Below, in pieces: positions 37,332-50,174 of a DNA stretch of 64,000 nucleotides. Origin of the DNA: Octopus vulgaris (lineage: Eukaryota). The DNA lies in assembly GCA_951406725.2 (NCBI GenBank), contig OX597831.1:30008001-30072000 (forward strand), in the 5' to 3' direction. Both the position numbers and the translations under genes were made by a program. Under the pieces are notes generated by a model. That model was not told the origin of the DNA. It saw nothing but the letters and a program-made list of their open reading frames with translations, and did not search any database. Numbering within the stretch: position 1 is the first letter of the stretch; each line of letters begins with the position of its first letter.

Positions 37332-37794
37332 GTTGTTTACTGTCAATCTAACACGAATGTGACAGTAGGGGGGGTACACCACCGCTGTATAGCCCTAGGA
37401 AGCATCGACGCCTCTACGAGAGATTTAGAAATTTAGTATTTCTTATTTTGATAATCAGTGAATAGACTTCACTGAATTATAGATATATACAATACGAAGT
37501 CGAGACAGATATCGCCGGCTGACCGGTGTCTGCTACTCTAGGCCGATGAAGGACAATGATCCTGAAACATGTGTCCCTAGATGCAGCTCCGGCGGCCGGG
37601 GGTGTTTGTCTCCCCTTCGTAAATAAGGACACAGGGAAAAATGTGTCAAAGCCATCAGGAGGCGTCGATGCTTCCTAGGGCTATACAGCGGTGGTGTACC
37701 CCTCTACTGTCACGTTCGTGTTAGATTGACAGTATACAACCATTCTATCGCCCCACCACCGTACATGTCTCTACGAGAGATTTAGAAATTTAGT
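37324..37794 (+). mobile_element. Penelope-like/retrozyme-like element: inverted 5' segment plus 357-nt unit with 26-bp terminal direct repeat and central hammerhead
   Basis: 37324-37414 is the reverse complement of 37659-37748; ctctacgagagatttagaaatttagt at 37412-37437 and 37769-37794; (TA)n flanks. Confidence 0.8.
37537..37581 (+). ncRNA. Minimal type-I hammerhead motif, CCGA core variant
   Basis: TCTAGG-CCGATGA-AGGA caatga TCCT-GAAA-CATGTG-TC-CCTAGA; all three stems pair; GUC site. Confidence 0.8.
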
Positions 37795-37811
37795 TACATA
37801 CAAAATTAAGA

Positions 37812-37855
<44 letters not shown>

Positions 37856-37860
<5 letters not shown>

Positions 37861-38096
37861 AAATAAAGAAATGGAGAAATGCATCTTAATCAATAATCAA
37901 CTACCAGATAATACCCAATCACATAATTTATTAAACCACTACATATGAATATTAAGGTCAAACATAATAATATAGAACAAAACAATGTACATGAAAGAAT
38001 ATGTTTCTATATTGTAATATTCTAATATATTGTTTTGACCAACTGTAACCTTGAATATAGAACATATGTATGTATATTGCTGTATATTATTATTAT

Positions 38097-38134
<38 letters not shown>

Positions 38135-38759
38135 AGTATGGGTATATGCACTCATATGTATATGTATATTATATATTATGGGTATGTACCCACTCTTATA
38201 TGGGTGTACCTCCTCTGATTCTCATGTTTAATTTAGTTTGTTCTTCATAATCTCTGAAGAGGCCTTGGGATATTTTTGTAAGTGTCTCATTTATAACTAC
38301 ATATTAACCTATCACACATGGCTAATATGAGCATAATGAGGCACCCATATCTGCATGGCTGAAACAGCAGTAAGATGTAGTTTATATCTATATTTGTATT
38401 TATTTATATTCACTTATACATACTGTACTTATTGTATCTTATTACTCAATGATGTACATTGTTTTGTTCTATATTATTATGTTTGACCTTAATGTTCATA
38501 TGTAGTGGTTTAATAAATTATGTGATTGGGTATTATCTGGTAGTTGATTATTGATTAAGATGTATTTCTCCATTTCCTTATTTTGTATTATTAATTTGTG
38601 GTAAAACATTTTACCTTTGCCCATATAATACAGTGAATGAATTAATTGCATCGCAATTCTTAACATTTATGTATTAACTTTGTTGGGTGCTTTACTAGCA
38701 GTATATTGGATACATGTTATCCCATGGTGGGTTGCACTCACAACCCCTATCTCAATTTG

Positions 38760-38762
<3 letters not shown>
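37856..38762 (+). mobile_element. AT-rich Penelope-like element with ~137-bp inverted segment enclosing a hammerhead
   Basis: 37856-37992 is the reverse complement of 38453-38589; (TA)n at both ends. Confidence 0.75.
38250..38376 (+). ncRNA. Type-I hammerhead motif with extended stem II
   Basis: ATCT-CTGAAGA-GGCC...GGCT-GAAA-CAGCAG-TA-AGAT. Confidence 0.7.
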
Positions 38763-38814
<52 letters not shown>

Positions 38815-39032
38815 ATTGTGAAGTATATTTTCCACTTAAATGTGGCTAACCCTTAAGGGTGCATGCTACAGTAGCCTGAAGCCCCAGGAGGACATCTCCT
38901 TCAGCTGGCTATTGACACACTTTCTGTGCCCTCTCAGTATTTTCAAAGGGAAGTCATCCTTCCCATCTTCAACTTGACATGATACACACGGACCCGGGTT
39001 TCTGGTTATTGACCCGTCATCAGCGTGTGATG
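38815..39032 (-). mobile_element. Hammerhead-bearing short element; ribozyme motif 38985-39029 with canonical core
   Basis: Minus: CACACG-CTGATGA-cgggtcaataacca-GAAA-CCCGGG-TC-CGTGTG; perfect stem I and palindromic stem III. Confidence 0.8.
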
Positions 39033-39041
39033 TATATATAT

Positions 39042-39282
39042 ATATATGAAAGAAGGTTTGAAAATGTTTCTTCACTTGACAAAAAGATTGTCAAAAGTAA
39101 AATGTAAAGCTTTATATAAGCTTTGTATTATTTTGTAATATTTTGTGACAACCAGTACTTAACACAACAAAGCTTTTACAAAGCTTTACTTTTTACTTTT
39201 AACAATCTTTTTCTAAAAAAGTGAAACCAGTCAAGTGAATAAACATCTTTTAAAATTGCATTTTCAAACTTTCTTTCATATA
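39042..39282. repeat. AT-rich nested fold-back element
   Basis: 39042-39080 pairs with 39230-39282 (with an insertion); 39081-39125 pairs with 39168-39212. Confidence 0.75.
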
Positions 39283-39378
39283 TGTTTGTACTTGTGCAGT
39301 ACCTTACAATTTCACTTTATATATATAGGTAATTCTTTTTGGGAGGAAGTCTCCTCATCCATCCATCTATACATACAA

Positions 39379-39411
<33 letters not shown>

Positions 39412-40029
39412 CATACATACATACGGTGTCATATGAAGTGCATTGTGACGCAGAAGTAACATCTGCTGCAAAGGAAAGAGGTCAGTAATTGTCTTGTGAC
39501 TATAAAATCAACAGCCTAATTAGGATTGCTAATGAAATTGATGAGTGATATGAAATAAGAGCTGATACAAATCTCTCTCTCCCCAAGGAGAATTGGTAAA
39601 TTCTATTTATCAAAACGAAATTTTTTTTAAATGGACCAGTTCATTGTGAAAGTAGTCCATGGATACTTGGCATGAAAGACTCAAACCATAAAAGGAATAA
39701 ACCATATCAAAGGCTTGGAATGGAATACCGAGTAGTTTAAGACATCCCACTTTGAAGATTACTGTCCCTACAATTCGAGAACAAGAATTCCCCACCAGCA
39801 TCTGCAGTGTAAAAGGCAGAAAATATTGACAGATGACAAATGTAAGCTGTACAGAGCCAAGGCAGAAGACACCAATCAGATAATTGTCAACTGCGAGAGA
39901 ATGTCTTCCAGATATTATCTTTCTGTGACGTGTGATGCAGTGGCAAGAACAATCTGGAGCAAGTTAAGAAAAAAGGAAATGCCAGCAGACGAATTTGATT
40001 ATATTGAGACCGATGAGTCAAAAGAATAT

Positions 40030-40450
40030 TACTCTTTACTCTTTACTCTTTTACTTGTTTCATTCATTTGACTGTGACCATGCTGGAACACTGCCTTTAG
40101 TCGAGGAAATTGACCCCAGGACTTATTCTCTGTAAGCCTAGTACTTATTCTATCATTCTCTTTTGCCGAACCGCTAAGTTACGGGGATGTAAACACACCA
40201 ACATCAGTTGCCAAGCGATGTTGGGGGTGACAAACACGGACACACAAACACACACACAGATATACATATATATACATATACTTATATACGACAGGCTTCT
40301 TTCTGTTTCCATCTACCAAATCCACTCACAAGGCTTTGGTCAGCATGAGGCTATAGTAGGAGACACTTGCCCAAGGTGACACGCAGTGGGACTGAAACCG
40401 GAACCATGTGGCTGGTAAGCAAGCTACTTACCACACAGCCATTCCTGAGC
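40030..40450 (-). mobile_element. SINE family A, full length
   Basis: Complete tail-to-head match; interrupts the R4-like ORF. Confidence 0.9.
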
Positions 40451-40669
40451 CTATTAGTGGAAGTTATAAATTAAAACAGCTACCAATTTAAAACACAACC
40501 AGCCAGATATTGTTAAGTTGGACCACGAGAGAAAAATATGCTCTGCTGTAGAAATCAGCTGCCCTCTGGATACCAATGCGGTCGAAAAATACAGGAGAAA
40601 GAAAACGTCTATGACCCATTGATAAGCCCTTTGTAATATCAGTACCTAAAATTACTCTCAGTTTCATAC

Positions 40670-40878
40670 ATAATATTGGTTTCGAATTTTTGCACAAGGC
40701 CAGTAATTTCAGGGAGAGGATCAACTCCAGTATTCAACTGGTATTTATTTAATCGAACCTGAAAGGATGAAAAGCAAAGTTTACCTCGGTGGAATTTGAA
40801 CTCAGAATGTAAAGACAGATGAAATGCCACTAAGCATTTTGCTCAATATGCTCACATTTCTGCCAGCTCACTGCCTTA
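40670..40878 (-). mobile_element. SINE family C, diverged
   Basis: gaaaggatgaaaagcaaagtttacctcggtggaatttgaactcag...gccagctcactgcc. Confidence 0.8.
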
Positions 40879-41769
40879 GTTTCATGCCTGTTATCATTGG
40901 CACAACAGGATATGTACCACCACGTCTGGAGCAAAGTATGACTGGATTTGGGGTCTTGAAGAAAGAATGCAACTCTTTAAATCATACACTACAAATGATC
41001 GCGATATCTGGGACAATAAAAAATTTAAGAGACATTCTTAAAATTTAAAGATTTATCAACAAAATAAAATGCTTTCCTTCACAAACTTGCTAGCAAGAGG
41101 TGATCCAATTACAGAATTGTCAGTGGGGCCCTCTACTCTACAAAGAATGAAGATTGAGGTTTTATGCTTCGTGTAGTTCACCAGTCTCAGCCAAAAAGTT
41201 TTGAGGGTTCGAGGCTCCACCATTAACCACAATGGTATGCTAAAAATTCATCATAGCTTCCTCCGCTGAATCTTGTGCGCGGTACCTTTTCTTGGTGCAG
41301 GGCCCAGTTTAAAGGGTCGTCTGAAATATGTACTGAAATACTTGAAGTGTTACTGCCGAAAGAGATCATCAAGATGTCAGCCTGTTACTCCAACGTAAAG
41401 AGCACTATGAGGTTTATATATGATACAGTGTGTATACATGTGTGTGTGTGTATGATCATTCTGTTTTATTTCAAGATTTCTTGCCAATAGAGAAAGAACC
41501 GGTCTAACCTAGATCCAAAGCTCTTTCATTGAAATTTCAGCAACATCAACAGGGTGTTTTTGCATGGATGTGTTTACATGTGCCGTATTTGGAGTCAGTG
41601 CATGTGCAGATTTGTATGTATGTATGGATGGATTGATGAATGGATGGAGGTATACGTTCTTGCATAGTAAATGATCCGGTGGAGTTTTCACTACAAGAGT
41701 AGAGTGAAATATCTATTTAAAGCGATTCAGTGACCTGTCAGTCTGTGCTAAATAAAGTGCATGTGTGTG

Positions 41770-41808
<39 letters not shown>

Positions 41809-41818
41809 ATGCACACAG

Positions 41819-41870
<52 letters not shown>

Positions 41871-41996
41871 GGATGGATGGATGGATGGATGGATGGATGG
41901 ATGGCTAGAGAGATAGATAGATAAACTGAGAGACAAGCAGAGAGTTAAATAAACAGACATAGATAAAGAGATAAACAGACAGACAGACAGACAGAC

Positions 41997-42063
<67 letters not shown>

Positions 42064-43651
42064 TAGATAAATAAACAGACAGACAAACAGACAGATAGAT
42101 AGAGCCAAAGTGGAGAGGTGGATAATCTTTATTTACTCTGAAAATTATGAGTACTAATTACACCACTTATGTTTAATGTTTGCTAATTATCTAATTATAG
42201 CTAATTAAACATTATGCAGACACACAAGCACACACATATCCCGGTCAAATGAATGACTTATCCATTGGAGGAAAGACATGGCTTGTAGTGTTTATATAGT
42301 TAAGGGAAAGGGGCCATACCCTCTTTAACAAAATTATAAGCCCTTGGGTAAAGTAATACATGGATGTCATCTTCGTTTATAACCTCCTTCTTTTTCTTCT
42401 CCTTTTCTTCCTCCTCCTTCTCCTTTTCTTATCCTCCTCCTCCTCCACTTTCTTGTCTTCTCCTTTTCATCATCATCATCATCATCCTCACCACCACCAC
42501 CACCGCCACCACTTTCTTCTTCTTCTTCTTCTTCTTCTTCTTCTCATTCTTCTACCTCTCCACTTCCCTCTTCTTCTCCTCCCCCTTTCTCCCTCTTCTT
42601 CGTCATCATCATCATCAGTCGCAGCATCTTCTTCTTCTGCTGCTGCTGCTGCTGTCCGTCATTGGTCAAGGGTGGCTGTTCTTGTTCAGTGATCATCTCA
42701 GGTAAGCTCCCATGTGAGCTCCAAGGCCTGCTGCGGGTGAAGCTACTTGACACAACAGAGAAGCGACTCCTCTTGTGTGCTCTGCAGCAGTGCTCCCTTT
42801 CCGCCTCTGTGCCACGAAACGCAAGGCCCTCTACAGCAGGCACATCAAGGTCCTAATGCGAGTCCAACTTCGTGAACTTCATGTACATTCACAGCATACA
42901 TTAATTAGTGTTGAGTCCCCTGCATGTGTAGGAGTGTCAGGCCTCTACTCAGAGTGTCCCTGTCACAAGATGGTACTGAAAGGGGGGTCAGCACACATGA
43001 TTTTAGAAATCCTAGTTTAAGGAAATCAATTTGGTTGACATACTGATGTCTGTCAGGAATACCTGATGTAAGGAAAATGGTTATAGTTCCTCGGGTTACC
43101 ATTAGATCAGTAACATATCTAATAAGAAGGCAAGGAGAGCAACCGCTATCCCCAAACACATTTTACAAAATTGGTGCCTTTTCAATATTGTGCAATAAAA
43201 GTTGAATCCGTTTTTCAACTTTTTTGTAAATCACATGGCATTGGAAGAACTTTCTGGAGTCATTGCTTTATACTGTGACTGGCCCTCACTGAAAATGACG
43301 GAATGAAGGAACGTGTCAGCATAGGTGGTAAGCTATATGAACACCTGCTGCAGGAGGTGCCCATCATTTCCTCATCTATACAAAAGGATGTTAATGTCTG
43401 ACAGGAATGAAAAGCCTTGTCTGTGCTACTTTTGAGCTGTCTACTCAATCACCTGTGGTGTGTTGGTGGCCACTGACACCTGAAAGACCCAAACAAACCC
43501 TGAAGTTGTAACCTCTCTGCTCTGGACAATCCTGTGAAATTTCATCTTTTTTCATGTCACACCTGTATCAGGAGTTGTAAGTTTCATACATAATGGCATT
43601 GTTACAGAATTATGAAATTAATGAATGTTGAATACAATTATGTGTGTTGTA

Positions 43652-43871
43652 ACTCTTTACTCTTTTACTTGTTTCAGTCATTTGACTGTGGCCATGCTGG
43701 AGCACTGCCTTTAGTCGAGCAAATCAACCCCAGGACTTATTATTTGGAAGCCTAGTACTTATTCTATCAGTCTCTTTTGCCGAACCGCTAAGTTATGGGG
43801 ACATAAACACACCAGCATTGGTTGTCAAGCGATGTTGGGGGGACAAACATAGACACACAAACATACATATA

Positions 43872-43902
<31 letters not shown>

Positions 43903-43914
43903 ATATATATATCT

Positions 43915-43947
<33 letters not shown>

Positions 43948-44100
43948 CGAGGGGCTTTTTTCAGTTTCCGTCTACCAAATCCACTCACAAGGCTTTGGTC
44001 GGCCAGAGGCTATAATAGAAGACACTTGCCCAAGGTGCCATGCAGTGGGACTGAACCCGGAACCATGTGGTTCGTAAGCAAGCTACTTACCACACAGCCT
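43652..44100 (-). mobile_element. SINE family A, full length
   Basis: Complete match with internal (TCTA)/(TA)n. Confidence 0.9.
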
Positions 44101-44367
44101 AACTAATAAAATATTTCGCAAAATATATGAGAAATGAGTTTCTGACTGTTTGGTATGTAACCTGCATCTGTCCCGTTATGGGTAGGATATTGTGTATCTA
44201 ATTGTGTTACATCAATCTGTTAATTTGGTGTCACATCAGGTACATGCGTATAGGAGGGGATGTCATGCTAGATGTGCAGAGTTGTCCGAGGCATGTTGTT
44301 CTTGCCCACTGCATTTTGGCTATATATGTGTGTGGGTGTGGGTGTGTGTGCATACATATAATATGAA

Positions 44368-44520
44368 GATGATGATGATGATGATGATGATTATGACTTA
44401 CCTCTTTCTGTTTCCGACATCTGCGTGCAGTTAGATTGAGCATGAAAGACTCCACTTCTGTCTCTTCAGTGACTTGGTTGGAAGGTCTTGAAACAATATC
44501 AGTCATCTCTAAGTCAGCTC
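44368..44520 (-). mobile_element. RTE-like LINE extreme 3' end with (CAT)n tail
   Basis: Minus reads ...TE/RQKW/SFMLNL... (resembles the 'EDR..WRS' RTE terminus, frameshifted), followed by (CAT)n. Confidence 0.5.
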
Positions 44521-44751
44521 CCATGGCAGGATTGTAGACCGAAATTATTTTTCTCATAGAAAATTCAAGACAATGTACAGCAAATCCAAGTGGAATGTGC
44601 ACTGAGCAAAAGTAAGACAACTCCCAGCTTTTATTGCCAACCATTGTCACCAGCTTGTGTGTTCATTACCTGAGACATTTTTACATTCGAAAAATTGTTC
44701 ATAAGCCGAGTTGTTTGTCATGAAGAGCATTCGTAAACCGAGGCTCCACTG
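44521..44751 (-). mobile_element. Tc1/mariner Tigger/pogo-like end
   Basis: Minus strand begins TA|CAGTGGAGCCTCGGTTTACGAA, a Tigger-type TIR beside TA. Confidence 0.7.
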
Positions 44752-46257
44752 TACATACATATAGAGATACACGTACGGTACTAGATTAATGTAGTGAAGT
44801 AGAAAGGAATACTACTTCAAAGAACCACACATATAGATACAGTTGTGATAGCATTTTACAGTTTTTGTGAATCAGGCACAAAAAGACAAAAGACGGGTTA
44901 AAGGTATATTTACAAATACAATTATATCCATACACTATTATTCATGCATCGATTTTTAAGTGGAGAGTCCACTTTGTTTGTACAATTACACAGCATAGAC
45001 ATTTGAGTATTATTTAGATTCTTTTATGTTTGATAAAGCATAATTTAGATTCTTTTATGTTTGGAATTAGGTAACTGTTTTGTTAATAAACTTGTGATGA
45101 TTGTGTTTGGGTGGGATATGCGTCACAATTTGTAAAATATTTGTTAATGAGATCAAGACTTGCTGATTGAATGGTGAGTTATACCATGTTACTTTTTATA
45201 TTTCTGGGATAATTTCTGTTGATGTTGAGAGGTAGATTGACTATTGTAATGTACATAATTTTATTTGTGAAACCACTATGTTTTAAGGTATCGTTATAAT
45301 ATTTGAAAGCTGTGCACAAGCTAGTCTTATGAGAAGATAAATTGGAAGATGCGCAAAGGGTTTTTTTTTTAACAAAACTGCTAAAATATTTTTGTGTTGT
45401 TGGAAAAATATGTCATTATGATAGGCGAGGTGTGGCTGTGTATTAAGGTGCATGTGGCCTTGGATATTCAATCCTACAGCACGGCAACATGGGTGCCTTC
45501 CATTATACCCTGGGCTGACCAACGCCTTGCAAGTGGGTTTGGTAAATGTAAACTGAAAGAACCCATCGTTTATATATATATATATATATATACACACCCC
45601 ACACACATATGTGTATAATTGTGTGTATACGCACGTGTGTGTGTGTGTATGTTTATGCATATATGTGAATATATATGTATATATGTGTGTATGTATGTGT
45701 ATTTGTGTTTGTCCCCTACCACTGCTTCACAAACGGTGTTGGTGTGTTTACGTCCCTGTAACTTAGCGATTTGGTAAAAAGTGATTGATAGAATATGCAC
45801 CAGGCTTTAAAAAAAATAAGTCCCGGGATTAATTTCTTCGGCTGTACCCTCCAAGACTGTGCCCCAGCATGGTCGCAGGCCAATGACTTTTCATTTTTAC
45901 TGTCCCTTATCTTGGCAGTCTTTCTATATATATATATACAGTAAGATCTTTTTCCCGCTATAACTTTAGCAATTTGTGTTGAAGATTGTAAAACGGAAAC
46001 TGAAAGAAGCCCATCGAATGTGTGTATGTATGTGTCTGTGCTTGTCCCCCATCACTGCTTGGCAAGTGGTGTTTGTGTGTCATAACTTAGTGCTTCGGCA
46101 AAAAGATCAATAAAACAAGTACTAGTCTTTAAAGAATAATAAATACTGGGATGGGTTTATTCGACTAAAACCTCTTCAAGGCAGTGCCCCAGCATCGCCT
46201 CTGTCTAATGGCTCAAACAAGAAAATGTGTGTGTGTGTGTGTGCACGCACGCATGTA

Positions 46258-46330
46258 TATGGTCTGATGAGGCTATAGGATGTAGCACAAACACTCAGCT
46301 GCGTCTTATTGCAGAAACAGTCGTAAGCTA
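46258..46330 (+). ncRNA. Degenerate hammerhead motif
   Basis: CTGATGA-g-GCTATAGGATGTAGC loop GCTGCGTCTTATTGC-a-GAAA-cagtcg-TA; stem II good, stems I and III damaged. Confidence 0.5.
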
Positions 46331-48766
46331 ATGAAAGTAATTTTATAACTCTTGTTTTCTTACCTTTCATTAATTATTATGCTCTGTACTCTGTTAATAC
46401 TTTATACATGTATATTGAGGTCTAATTACTGATTATTAGTATCTCTATGCCTAAACGAAATTCCAACACACACTCGCACATAGAGACAGACAGACAGACA
46501 AACAGATAGATAGACAGATTGATAGATAGATAGATAGATAGATAGATAGGCATGTAGGCAGACAGACAGATACATACATACATGATGGCCGTCCACTCGT
46601 GATCGAGGAAGACCATTGCTGACCTTTAGGAAAATTGTGCACTCTAGGACTAACTTATATTTTGCATTTGCGGATTCGTTGGTGGCTAATGAGCCCTGCT
46701 CTTGACAAGCATACACAACACATTGCAAGCCAAGCTTTCTCCAGTCACTACGCTTTCAAGCAGCACGCTTAAATTCTTCGTGCAAAATACTTACTCTTCT
46801 GAAGGTGTCGACTCCCTCCTTAAAAGCACCCCACTACGCTCTCGGAGTGGTTGGCATTAGGAAGGGCATCCAGCTGTAGAAACTCTGCCAGATCAAGATT
46901 GGAGCCTGTTGCAGCCATCTGGTTCGCCAGTCCTCAGTCAAATCGTCCAACCCATGCTAGCATGGAAAGCAGATGTTAAACGATGATGATGATGATATAT
47001 ATATATATATATTCCCATACATATGCCTATATAGATACACACACACATGCGCACATCCACACACATATATATAAAGATCCATACATATAGACGTGTGTGT
47101 GTGTGTGTGTGTGTGCAAACGTGCAAGAAAGGGAGGGAGAGAGAGAGAGAGAGGGTGAGACAGAGGAAAAGTATTATCAGAGAACATAATGGCTGTTGTT
47201 TTGTTATTCAACCTCAAACCCTCTGACCTATGGATCAAACCTGATCCAAACATGACCAACACATCGTTTATTCAAACATAATTAATCTACAACTTACAAT
47301 TATACAATATTCTATTCTCATTTCTAACTAACAGTAGCATGAGAATTGAGAGATATGTTGTTGCTATTTCTAACAGATCGAACCACCATCAGGAACTGTG
47401 CCATCAAATCAATACAAATATCTGTTTATGTGTTGTGTTGATGGTTAATATTTTATAGAATCCTCGCAGACTCCTGCTTGGTTTATCATCAAACATTTAA
47501 TTCCACTGGGAATCCTGTCTTTTAACTAAATTGACCATTAACAATGGTGCCATTACTCTGTTGACATATTTATTATTTATGTTCAAAATGTCACCAATTT
47601 TTAAAAATAAAACAGTCGCTGTCTGTTTAGAAAAATATTCCAGTGGACAAAAAGAAAAAAAAAATTTAAATGGCGGTGCCCCAGCATGGCCACAGCTCAT
47701 TAGCTGAAACTAGAAAAATCAAAATCAAATCCATCCTGTAACAAACTGTCATATGTTCAAGTTCTTGCCATAATTGAGAAAAAATTATGAATTCTATTTA
47801 TTGCTTATCTTGTTCTTTACACACACATTCACACACACACATTTGTGTGTGTTGTGTGTGTGTGTGTATATATATACTCTTTTACTTGTTTCAGTCATTT
47901 GACTGTGGCCATGCTGGAGCACTGCCTTTAGTTGATCGAGCAAATCATCAACCTCAGGACTTATTCTTTGTAAGCTTAGTACTTATTCTATTGGTCACTT
48001 TTGCCAAACCACTAAGTTACGGGTACGTAAACACACCACCATCGGTTGTCAAGCAATGATGGGGGTACAAACGCAGACACACAAACATATACACACACAT
48101 ACATATATACACATATATATATATACATATATACAACGGGCTTCTTTCAGTTTCTGTCTACCAAATCCACTCACAAGGCTTCTTGCCCAAGGTGCCATGC
48201 AGTATATGTATGAATGTAGCTTATACTTTTTTTGTTTCAGTTACTGGACTGCAGCCATGCTGGGGCACCACCTTGAAGGGTTTTGACTCAAATTGATGTC
48301 AGCATTTTTTTTAGGTTATACTTTTTTTTGTTTCAGTTACTGGACTGCGGCCATGCTGGGGCACCATCTTGAAGGATTTTGACTCAAATTGATGTCAGCA
48401 TTTTTTTTTAAAGCCTGGTATTTATTTTATTGACCTCTTTTGCCAAACCGCTAAATTATGGGGTTGTAAATAAACTAACATTGGTTGTCAGGCGTTGTTG
48501 GTTGGGGACAAACACAAAGACACGCACAGACACACACACATACGCATCACCTACCCTCACCCCCATACACTTACACGCACATATACATCACGGGCTTTCC
48601 ATCTACCAAATCTACTAGCAAGGTTTTGGCCAGCCCAAGGCTATAGTACAAGACACTTACCTAAGGTACCGCACAGTGGAACTGAACCCCGAGCTAGGTG
48701 GTTGGGAAGCAAACTTCCTACCACAAAGCCACGTCCGCTCTTCACTCAAACACACACACAATTATA

Positions 48767-48954
48767 GGTGTAGGAGTGGCTGTGTGGTAAGTAGCTTGTT
48801 TACCAACCACATGGTTCCGGGTTCAATCCCACTGTGTGGCACCTTGGACAAATGTCTTCTACTATAGCCTCGGGCCGACAAAAGCCTTGTGAGTGGATTT
48901 GGTAGACGGAAACAGAAAGAAGCCTGTCGTATATATGTATATATGTGTGTGTGT

Positions 48955-48993
<39 letters not shown>

Positions 48994-49200
48994 TCTGTGT
49001 GTCTGTTTGTCCCCCAACATTGCTTGACAACTGATGCTGGTGTGTTAACGTCCTTGTAACTTCGCGGTTCAGTAAAAGAGGCCGATAGAATAAATACTAG
49101 GCTTACAGAGAATAAGTTCTGGGGTCGATTTGCTCGACTAAAAGGTGATGCTCCAGCATGGCCACAGTCAAATGACTGAAACAAGTAAAAGAGTAGTAAA
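48767..49200 (+). mobile_element. SINE family A, full length
   Basis: Head ggtgtaggagtggctgtgtggtaagtagcttg...gggttcaatcccac; tail aaacaagtaaaagagta. Confidence 0.9.
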
Positions 49201-49555
49201 AAGTAAGGGATTACCCCCAAAACGATTACCAGTTTGCTCTCAGTTAGGTATCTAAAATATGTTATTCAACAATTAATATATAAATCCAATTAAGTTCTTA
49301 TAAGATAAAAAAAATTAGATTAATTGGATAATTCTAAATATATTTCCTTAACCATATAGGTTTTGTAGGACATCATAAAGAAAAATGGAAAATAATACAT
49401 CTTCAAAATTTATTTTTTAAAACATTTATTCTCATCAAATTCCAATCAAACACGTGTTTCTTCAGGATAAGTATCCTAGTGTCCTTTGATGTAGCGGTTA
49501 GATGCATTTGGTTGATTTAAATTCAAATTATTTGCAGTAGATATTCATCCAAGAT

Positions 49556-49950
49556 AGGCGTAGAGTGGCTGTGTGGTAAGTAGCTTGCTTATGAACCACA
49601 TGGTTCCAGGTTCAGTCCCACTGCGTGGCACCTTGGGCAAGTGTCTTCTACTATAGCCTCGGGCCGACCAAAGCCTTGTGAGTGGATTTGGTAGACGGAA
49701 ACTGAAAGAAGCCGTCGTATATATGTATGTATGTGTATATGTTTGTGTGTCTGTGTTTGTCACCCTCAACTTTGCTTGACAACCGATGCTGGTGTGTTGA
49801 CGTCCTTGTAACTTAGTGGTTCGGCAAAAGAGACCGAGAGAATAAGTACTAGGCTTACAAAGAATAAGTCCTGGGGTCGATTTGCTCGACTAAAGGTGGT
49901 GCTCCAGCATGGCTACAGTCAAATGACTGAAACAAGTAAAAGAGTAAAAA
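49556..49950 (+). mobile_element. SINE family A, full length
   Basis: Same head and tail as 48767-49200, close to consensus. Confidence 0.9.
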
Positions 49951-50174
49951 GTGTGTAATTCCAATGCAGTTTTGTTCAAGGTTATTTGTGGAGAATACAA
50001 AAAATGCCTGTCAAATCACATGACAAAATAGGTACACGAAATTACTGCTCAGGTCAAATTTGTGCTTAAACAGCAAGTTTAAATGTGAAGAAGCGGCAGC
50101 TGGCTAAATGAAGATTTGCTACCGCAGGAGTGGCTGAGTGGTAAGTAGCTTGCTTACGAACCACATGGTTGAAT

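Larger units (their letters stand above)
39600..41050 (+). pseudogene. R4/Dong-type (restriction-like endonuclease) non-LTR retrotransposon C-terminus, split by two SINEs
   Basis: IREQE...DDKCKLYRAKAEDTNQIIVNCERMSSRYYL..DAVA (decayed CCHC knuckle and RHD), KHNQPDIV...EISCPLD (PD..D/E RLE motif), PVIIGTTGYVP, LQMIAISGTIKNLRDIL. Confidence 0.75.

Noticed and set aside
44231-44650. 139-aa ORF or exon with GAG|GTAAGT donor on minus
   Set aside because: It spans a Tigger-like end, an RTE-like 3' terminus and a (CAT)n tail, so it is a chimeric artefact.
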